Positions 57,493 through 64,000 of a stretch of DNA of 64,000 nt are shown piece after piece. Each line of letters opens with the position of its first letter. Position 1 is the first letter of the stretch. This stretch comes from Alphaproteobacteria bacterium. Its GTDB lineage: Bacteria; Pseudomonadota; Alphaproteobacteria; Rs-D84. The position numbers and the translations under genes are program-made. Location: contig JAGCYJ010000012.1 of NCBI GenBank assembly GCA_017960855.1, forward strand, positions 5,434 to 69,433. The letters run 5' to 3'. A model generated the notes under the pieces. It ran no database searches, was not told the DNA's origin, and saw only the letters and a program-made list of their open reading frames with translations.

Positions 57493-58761
57493 ATGAGCAA
57501 CGATAAAACAAAAGATACAAATACCAACGCAGATAATCAGCAATTTTGCAGTTTCTGTGGCAAGGCCGTATATGAAGTAAAAAAACTGGTCAGTGGTCGT
57601 GGCGTTTGCATTTGCGACGAATGTATCGCGCTGTGCAACGACATTATGACGGATGAACGCACAGATGAAATACACAAAGACGCAGCCAAGTTGCCGACCC
57701 CACATCAGATTTATGATTTCTTGAACGAATATATTATTGGCCAAGAAGATGCGAAACGCACTTTGTCTGTTGCGGTTTATAATCACTATAAACGGCACAG
57801 TGTTGCGGCATCATCCAAGGTTGAAATACAGAAATCAAATGTGCTTTTAATCGGACCAACGGGAACCGGTAAAACATTGTTCGCACAAACACTGGCGCGT
57901 ATTTTGGATGTCCCGTTTGCAATCGCAGACGCAACCACTTTGACCGAAGCGGGCTATGTTGGTGATGATGTGGAAAGTGTCCTGACGCGTTTGTTGCAAA
58001 ACGCAAGTTTTGATGTTGAACGCGCACAACGCGGAATTATCTATATTGACGAAATTGACAAGATTTCACGTAAATCTGAAAATCCGTCGTTGACCCGCGA
58101 TGTGTCTGGCGAAGGTGTGCAACAAGCATTATTGAAATTAGTCGAAGGCACAATCGCAAATGTTCCAGCCGGCGGAGCAGGGCGCAAACACCCGGGTGAA
58201 GCCACCGTTCAGTTGGATACCAGCAAGATATTATTCATTTGCGGTGGTGCATTTGATGGTTTGAACAAGATTATTGCAAATCGAACAAACGCACGTCGTG
58301 GTATTGGATTTGGTGCCAACGTTGAATCAAAAGAGGCACGTGAATCAAAAAGTTATTTGAACGATGTGCAACCAGCGGATTTGGTAAAGTTCGGAATTAT
58401 TCCGGAACTGGTTGGTCGTTTGCCAGTCATTACAACTTTGCAAGATTTAGACGAAGATGCTTTGGTAAAGATTTTGACCGAGCCAAAGAACGCGATTGTA
58501 AAACAGTTTGTCGCGATGCTGGAAATGGACGGTGTTAAATTAAATATCAAAGAAGATGCTTTGCGTGAAATTGCCAAAATGGCGGTGGCGCGTAAAACAG
58601 GCGCGCGTGGTTTGCGCGGAATATTGGAAAAGATTTTGATGCAACCTATGTTTGATGCACCTGATAAGCCAGATTTGAAAGAAATTGTAATAGATAAAAA
58701 TGTTGTTGCTGGTAAAAAGGCACCAATGGAAATCTTTGCCGATGCTAAAAAGGCGGCATAA
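57493..58761 (+). CDS. clpX: ATP-dependent Clp protease ATP-binding subunit ClpX
   Basis: 422 aa. The zinc finger is CSFCGK...CICDEC. Walker A is [16 protein letters not shown] and GARGLR are present. Confidence 0.95.
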   Translation: MSNDKTKDTNTNADNQQFCSFCGKAVYEVKKLVSGRGVCICDECIALCNDIMTDERTDEIHKDAAKLPTPHQIYDFLNEYIIGQEDAKRTLSVAVYNHYKRHSVAASSKVEIQKSNVLLIGPTGTGKTLFAQTLARILDVPFAIADATTLTEAGYVGDDVESVLTRLLQNASFDVERAQRGIIYIDEIDKISRKSENPSLTRDVSGEGVQQALLKLVEGTIANVPAGGAGRKHPGEATVQLDTSKILFICGGAFDGLNKIIANRTNARRGIGFGANVESKEARESKSYLNDVQPADLVKFGIIPELVGRLPVITTLQDLDEDALVKILTEPKNAIVKQFVAMLEMDGVKLNIKEDALREIAKMAVARKTGARGLRGILEKILMQPMFDAPDKPDLKEIVIDKNVVAGKKAPMEIFADAKKAA

Positions 58762-58772
58762 GAAAAGGGTAT

Positions 58773-58809
58773 AAAAAAACAGCCACAAAAATGTGGCTGT
58801 TTTTTTTTA
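58773..58809. terminator. Bidirectional rho-independent terminator
   Basis: aaaaaaacagccaca-aaaa-tgtggctgttttttttt. Confidence 0.8.
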
Positions 58810-58814
58810 ACTCT

Positions 58815-59492
58815 TTATTGCGGTATTTGTCCTGTGCCGTGAACGTTGGCATACATGCTGTTGAATATGGCATCGGCATCTTCTTGGGTTGCTGGATATG
58901 AAGTATAACCCATTTCATAATTTGCGCCATTCAAAACAATCAATGTTGGTGTTTCACCAGCGCATTGGATGTAATAACGTGCCGGATCATAATATTTACC
59001 ATAACATTTACCATTTCCAACCGCCACATAGCCAGCATCAGCCAATGTTTGGCAATCTGGTTGTGTACCATATGTGATTTCACCGTTTTCAATTACTTCG
59101 TCAACTTGGTCCAAAATACCAGAACACCAAACACGAACCATCTGACCATTTACAGATGCCATTGAACCGTCGGTTGAGGTTTTGCGGACACCAAAACAAT
59201 CGCCGTTCAATACATTCAAGTCATAGTCCGAGTTTGTAAGTGTTCCACGTGATAATTCTGTGCGACCAACCGGCATAGTTTCATCAGTGTTTTTAAGCGC
59301 TTCGCCACAAATCATTTTCATACCCCAGCAATTCGCCCACGCATCCCACAGGCCTGCATCATAACCAGTGCCCATAGATGTATAGCAGGTTGCCGGATTT
59401 ACACGACAAACGGTTGGCTGTTCCCACCAGGGCGTTGCAGCAACAACATTCGTCGTTATAAAAAGTAAAGAAAGCAAAAATATTTTTTTCAT
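58815..59492 (-). CDS. Hypothetical secreted Cys/Trp/Tyr-rich protein
   Basis: 225 aa. The signal peptide is MKKIFLLSLLFITTNVVAA. There are nine Cys by hand count. It lies 100 nt downstream of family member F on the same strand. Confidence 0.7.
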   Translation of the reverse strand: MKKIFLLSLLFITTNVVAATPWWEQPTVCRVNPATCYTSMGTGYDAGLWDAWANCWGMKMICGEALKNTDETMPVGRTELSRGTLTNSDYDLNVLNGDCFGVRKTSTDGSMASVNGQMVRVWCSGILDQVDEVIENGEITYGTQPDCQTLADAGYVAVGNGKCYGKYYDPARYYIQCAGETPTLIVLNGANYEMGYTSYPATQEDADAIFNSMYANVHGTGQIPQ

Positions 59493-59593
59493 ATTTACAT
59501 TCCCGTTGTGTATATTTTATCAGATTTTATGGTTCCCTGCAAGTTGCTTTATTACAAACTTTATGGTTCAGGTTCAAACAAGGGATTGGTTGT

Positions 59594-62299
59594 TTAACCG
59601 CCACTACCAGAATCGCCGCCGCCAGAATCGCCACCACCACTGGAACCACCGCCTGTTCCGCTGTTCGCTACGCATGCATCATTTTGTTGGCTATAACCAT
59701 CATTACATGTGCAAACGCCGTTAGATTTAGTTGCGTTGGTGAAACATTGACATGTGCCAGAATCACATGTTCCTGCACCACAATCAGAATTGGTGGTACA
59801 CTCGGTCGTTTCGCCTGTGTAATATAAGGCGACGGTTGCAGGGTCGGCACAATATCCCCATTTTGTATTAGCACCCGTTTCATTATAGAATTGAGAGAAC
59901 AGTTGAATACCTGTATCGCGTTCGGTGTTTGACGTCCATGGCGACGATACCCAATAACCCCCAACTCTTTCACATTCAGTTTTTAATACAGATGCCATAG
60001 ATGCCTTGACTAAATCCAGTGTGGCATTGACATCTTGTAATAATGTCGTTTTTAACTCGTTCCACTTTGTTCCACTATCTGGCGTGTTTGAACGAAGTAT
60101 TTCAATATCGCTTGGACGCAAGCACGCCTGGACGGCATATCTGACAAGTTTTTGGTACAAACTGCCGGAATAATCACCGCATGGTGGTTCATTATCAAAT
60201 TCTACATTTGTTGGATCTTCGTCATAGTTTTCACCAGGTTGCGGACATCCCTTGGTCGGCGAACATTGTACACAACGATTTCCTGGTTGTGCCAAATCTG
60301 GATTCGCGTTTAATTGATATTCAAATATGATTTTGCCACACGCATCTACCATATAATAATATTTAAAATCACATGTCTTATATCTTGTCACGCACATAGA
60401 AGTAGATGAGTGCGATGATGAAGAACATGGTATAGTAGATTGTTCGCCACTATCGCCTTCGTCGGCCCTGGTGTAAATAGCGGTCGCACTGGCAGTGCGT
60501 GACATGGGCTGGTTTTCAATAGCTGTTGTAGTATCACATACGCCCCATTTGTTCGCATGTCTCTGCTCGCCAGGTGCATACACACGACACGCATAAGGAT
60601 AAGAGTGCAGGGAATCGCTGCTGGGGACAGCGCACAAATCACGCGCATATTCTTGTAAGGTTGCGAAACAATTCTGGGCGATTTTTTGAGTTGTGATGTC
60701 TGCCATTGTGGTCAGTAATTCTTGCATACCATCTGTGCCACCGCCGTACAGGTTGCTGCACGCTGCTAATTTTTCGATACATAATTCTTCGGACAATTCT
60801 AAACGAGAGCCCAACAATAACTGTTCTTTGACGTTGCTAAAATCTTTTAATGAATTGCTTTGCATATCATAGCACTGGTTGACAACATCCAAACATTCGT
60901 TTTTGACGTCACGAATTTTTACTTGTTGACTTTGATAAATCTCTATAACCGCCTGGCGCACGAATTCATCCCATACTTCGTCGGCTAAATCGCGACAAGT
61001 ATCCAAACTATCTTCGGCAAACATACGTTTGCGATTTAATTCCAAAATCAGTGTGCGGTTGGTGTCGTTCTTTAATATGTCGCCAGACAAGGATAATGTG
61101 CTGCCCAATTGGTAGAAACTGGATGTGTATATTGGTTCGCCAGTTGTTTTGTTCAAATACAAACCACTGGTATCCAAACAATGAACATAACCCGAACCGC
61201 ATGCTGCCTCTGCGGTAACGTCTTTACGAACCTTGGCAATACATTCGTTGATAGAAGAAGAGTTGTGCGCATCGTAATTTTCCAGTCGTGCCGCATTCAT
61301 TTCGCGTTCTGTTTCACGGATGGACGCATTCGCAGATAATTTCTTTTTATCCAAAGATGCCAAAATCAAGGCACAATCGTTTTCAATGTACATGCTGTAC
61401 GCGGAAACAACCATGTTCAACAAAGATTTAGAAGAACAACGGTCGGCAACCAAATTGACGCATTGGCTGTGTACCGCATTGTATAATGTTTCGCCGGTCA
61501 GATTGGAAATGTTCAGACCCGATGTTAAATCGGTTGTTGCCCAAATAGCATTGATGTCACCAGCGATATCTAGTTGTCCCGCCGTTGATAATGACTTTGA
61601 TTTTGTGGAGGATAACACCGCGCTTATACCAGCCAGTTGCGCCATAGATTCCGATTTGTCTTTGATAAAGGACGCTACCATTTCGCCTTCACTGGCATTC
61701 TGCATTGCGTGTACTTCCGCCGCGGTTTTTGGAATTGCCTCTATATTTAAATCTTTGAAATCTTGTAATTGGTCGGCGGTTTGGTTTAGTGCACGCTGTT
61801 TGCTTTTGATATCATACAAACGCGACGAACAAACGCAGCGACGATAAGTTTCATCTTGTGCCGCACAGAATTGATCCATACATGTGAAGTACGCATCGCG
61901 ACATGTGTTATATCCTGTGCCAAACGTCTTGGAATCATTGGTTGTCGGCAGAAGGGATGCGCGGGTTGTTTTTGTGGTTGCGGTGCGTGCCCGTGTGGTA
62001 CTGGTTGCGGTGCGCGCAGTGGTGTTCTTGTTAGAACGTGTGGTTGCGGTGCGCGAAGTATTGGTTGCAGTACGCGCAACGGTTGGACGCGTTGCGGTGG
62101 CTTGTTTGATGTCGCGAACCCGCACAGTTTGTGGTGCGCTGGTGCGCGAAACGGTATTTACTTGTTTTGTTGTGGTGCGCGCATTTGAAACGTTTTGGTT
62201 CGCCGCCCCCCGCGAAATTGTTGATGCGTCGCGAACCGCGGCATACGAAACACCGATGCCGATAAAGCACGCAAAAACAACAGGTAATACCTTTCTCAT
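59594..62299 (-). CDS. Cysteine-rich secreted/envelope protein, family member F
   Basis: 901 aa. The signal peptide is MRKVLPVVFACFIGIGVSYA. An Arg/Thr-rich tract follows. CRDAYFTCMDQFCAAQDETYRRCVCS and many C-x6-C motifs are present. The C-terminus has an EGF-like CQCFTNATKSNGVCTCNDGYSQQNDAC and a GGSSGGGDSGGGDSGSGG tail. Confidence 0.85.
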   Translation of the reverse strand: MRKVLPVVFACFIGIGVSYAAVRDASTISRGAANQNVSNARTTTKQVNTVSRTSAPQTVRVRDIKQATATRPTVARTATNTSRTATTRSNKNTTARTATSTTRARTATTKTTRASLLPTTNDSKTFGTGYNTCRDAYFTCMDQFCAAQDETYRRCVCSSRLYDIKSKQRALNQTADQLQDFKDLNIEAIPKTAAEVHAMQNASEGEMVASFIKDKSESMAQLAGISAVLSSTKSKSLSTAGQLDIAGDINAIWATTDLTSGLNISNLTGETLYNAVHSQCVNLVADRCSSKSLLNMVVSAYSMYIENDCALILASLDKKKLSANASIRETEREMNAARLENYDAHNSSSINECIAKVRKDVTAEAACGSGYVHCLDTSGLYLNKTTGEPIYTSSFYQLGSTLSLSGDILKNDTNRTLILELNRKRMFAEDSLDTCRDLADEVWDEFVRQAVIEIYQSQQVKIRDVKNECLDVVNQCYDMQSNSLKDFSNVKEQLLLGSRLELSEELCIEKLAACSNLYGGGTDGMQELLTTMADITTQKIAQNCFATLQEYARDLCAVPSSDSLHSYPYACRVYAPGEQRHANKWGVCDTTTAIENQPMSRTASATAIYTRADEGDSGEQSTIPCSSSSHSSTSMCVTRYKTCDFKYYYMVDACGKIIFEYQLNANPDLAQPGNRCVQCSPTKGCPQPGENYDEDPTNVEFDNEPPCGDYSGSLYQKLVRYAVQACLRPSDIEILRSNTPDSGTKWNELKTTLLQDVNATLDLVKASMASVLKTECERVGGYWVSSPWTSNTERDTGIQLFSQFYNETGANTKWGYCADPATVALYYTGETTECTTNSDCGAGTCDSGTCQCFTNATKSNGVCTCNDGYSQQNDACVANSGTGGGSSGGGDSGGGDSGSGG

Positions 62300-62364
62300 C
62301 CTTTCTATGAAATTATGTTAGCAAAAAAAATTATTTTCGGGCAAGGGGTATTTAACAAAAAACA

Positions 62365-62396
62365 AATAAAAAATCCCGTCGTTTGACGGGAAAAAA
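62365..62396 (-). terminator. Rho-independent terminator of infA
   Basis: cccgtc-gttt-gacggg. On the minus strand it is followed by attttttatt. Confidence 0.75.
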
Positions 62397-62397
62397 C

Positions 62398-62646
62398 TTA
62401 CTGATTTGGTTGGTCTGGTGTCGCACGATTGCGTTCAACAAAAGTGATGCGACCTTTGTCCAAGTCATACGGTGTCATTTCAACACGAACATGCTCGCCA
62501 ATGTTGACCCAAATGCGTGCCTTGCGCATTTTTCCGCAAACAGTTGCCAAAATTTCGTGTCCGTTTTCCAGTTTTACCCGAAACATAGTGTTCGGCAATT
62601 TGTCTTCTACGACACCACTAAAAACAATTACATCATCTTTTGCCAT
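62398..62646 (-). CDS. infA: Translation initiation factor IF-1
   Basis: [69 protein letters not shown] is canonical S1-fold IF-1. There is a C-terminal extension of about 10 aa. Confidence 0.95.
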   Translation of the reverse strand: MAKDDVIVFSGVVEDKLPNTMFRVKLENGHEILATVCGKMRKARIWVNIGEHVRVEMTPYDLDKGRITFVERNRATPDQPNQ

Positions 62647-62791
62647 ATTTATCCCTTGGATTTTTCTTTAGTTTTTTTGTTGTCTGTAATGATATTGCGC
62701 ACCAAGAAAAAATGCAAGTTGTTTTTAATATGCCTTGCACATAGGTCTTTTATCTGATAAAATATATGCTGTAAATTGTAGGATGGAATAA

Positions 62792-64000
62792 ATGAAAATA
62801 CATGTTATTGCATTGCTGTTGTGTATGGTGCCATATGTTGCATCATCTGCAACTGAACGTGACGAAAACGCCCGTATTGGTGTCAATCGTGTGTCTATGG
62901 CTGGGGTACGTGGTATTCCAAACATGACCGTCAATTTAAAGAAGACGACGACAACCACGAAGACAAATACCAGCACATCTGGCGGTGGAAATAATAATGG
63001 CGGTGGTCAGTCGGATAATGGTGGCAATAATAACGGCGGTGGTAATAACGGTGGTGGCGACAACAACGGCGGTGGAAACGATTCAGGGCAAGATAACAAC
63101 GGAAATTGCCGTGACGCATATCGCGCCTGTATGGATGAATTCTGTCTGTTGGATGAATCCGAAGGGTATCGTTGCGCTTGTTCAGATAATATAAATAAGT
63201 CAAAAGATTTAATCCAAGAAATTCAAAAAATCCAATCCGAAGCTGATAAATTGTATACCGAAGGTGTCGAACGCGAACAACTGGGGGCCAAGGTGACGCT
63301 GGTGTTCGGTCAATCAGAAGCGGCGAAAAAATCATCGCGTGCATCGGGTTTAAGTTTCTCGGAATGGTTAAACAGCGGCAGTTCAACTGATGACGAAAGT
63401 TTGGGTGCGGATTCCGATATTGGTGATAATTTGTTTGCCATGGCTTCTAATTATTGTGCATACACATTGGATTCATGCAAAGACAAGGCTGAAATGGAAG
63501 AGGCACTGTATTCACGCCAGGTAGTTGCAGATTGTAAATCTTTTGAATCTTATTTAGCAGACCAAAAACGTAATGCCGAAGCAAACAAACGTACCGCCGA
63601 AGCCGCGGTGCGCAAGGCGCGTTTGGAAATGTTGGACACAACAAACAAGTATAATCGTGGCGAATGCTTGTTGGCGTATCGTTCCTGTATTGCGGACAAG
63701 GGTGGTTGCGGTGTCAATTTTGAAAACTGTTTAGATGTTGATTTGTTGGGGCGTCGTGCAAATGCGTGCGAAAATGTTTTGGATCAATGTATGGCTGTTC
63801 GTTCCTATGTTTTGGAAGATTGGAATGCCGAAGCGGCCAGTATTTTGGTTGAAGCGTCCAAGTATGCTGATAAATATGCACGTCAAACGTGTTTGGCACG
63901 TATCCAGGCGTGTTTGGAAGATAACTGCTCAACTGCAACAAACAGCGCGTGCTTGACCAATGTTAATGTTGCTGCGGGAATCTGCACTGTTATTACAGAA
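62792..64000 (+). CDS. Cysteine-rich secreted/envelope protein, family member G (3' end outside window)
   Basis: It is not in the ORF track because it runs off the window, so I translated it by hand. ATG at 62792 after aggatgg. The signal peptide is MKIHVIALLLCMVPYVASSA. A Gly/Asn-rich tract follows. Then come CRDAYRACMDEFCLLDESEGYRCACS and CLLAYRSCIADKGGCGVNFENC. 403 codons are open to nt 64000. Confidence 0.8.
   Translation, partial: MKIHVIALLLCMVPYVASSATERDENARIGVNRVSMAGVRGIPNMTVNLKKTTTTTKTNTSTSGGGNNNGGGQSDNGGNNNGGGNNGGGDNNGGGNDSGQDNNGNCRDAYRACMDEFCLLDESEGYRCACSDNINKSKDLIQEIQKIQSEADKLYTEGVEREQLGAKVTLVFGQSEAAKKSSRASGLSFSEWLNSGSSTDDESLGADSDIGDNLFAMASNYCAYTLDSCKDKAEMEEALYSRQVVADCKSFESYLADQKRNAEANKRTAEAAVRKARLEMLDTTNKYNRGECLLAYRSCIADKGGCGVNFENCLDVDLLGRRANACENVLDQCMAVRSYVLEDWNAEAASILVEASKYADKYARQTCLARIQACLEDNCSTATNSACLTNVNVAAGICTVITE

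Noticed and set aside
61320-62321. Plus-strand ORFs of 175, 110 and 145 aa inside member F.
   Set aside because: They are antisense to a CDS that has a signal peptide and family homology. The Arg/Val/Cys-rich translations reflect the complement of the Thr/Ala/Arg tract.

Overview
The window looks like chromosomal DNA from a moderately AT-rich, diderm (Gram-negative) bacterium. I call about 45 protein genes and one tRNA-Gln(CUG). I saw no rRNA, CRISPR array, transposase, integrase or phage genes.

The housekeeping backbone is lptC-like/lptB, eno, a class A PBP, comM/yifB, lepB-rnc, secG, ccrM, nrdR, slt, rnhB, pgk, clpP-clpX and infA. A CcrM-type adenine methyltransferase with its C-terminal extension suggests an alphaproteobacterium-like, probably host-associated lineage. 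That placement is inference.

By coordinates, nearly half of the window (about 30 of 64 kb) encodes very large envelope or surface proteins:
- A seven-member paralogous family of secreted cysteine-rich proteins. They share a recurring C-x6-C-x4/6-C motif and embedded glycine-zipper hydrophobic segments. Members lie at 2-2125, 3347-5410, 59594-62299, 62792-64000, plus a three-gene operon at 33726->24865. The operon ends in an 1866-aa protein carrying at least 14 copies of a CxxxxC-GY module and a C-terminal OmpA-like domain.
- Three autotransporter-type proteins: a classical type Va protein, an ankyrin plus subtilase-like protein, and a YadA-anchored protein with Pmp-like GGA/FxxN repeats.
- Several OmpA or beta-barrel outer membrane proteins.

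I recognise no characterised homolog for the cysteine-rich family. It is my best candidate for an undescribed envelope system.

Other points of note:
- Direct and inverted copies of the tRNA-Gln 3' end lie beside the tRNA and enclose a 150-nt rod- or Y-shaped element.
- An LPS-core-like kinase/GT8/kinase cluster sits next to that tRNA.
- Several consensus promoters are placed 6-7 nt from an ATG, which implies leaderless mRNAs.
- Intrinsic terminators are strikingly uniform, built on CCGCCC-N4-GGGCGG.

All start codons, promoters and domain calls were made by eye from the sequence and ORF track. No database search or computation was run.
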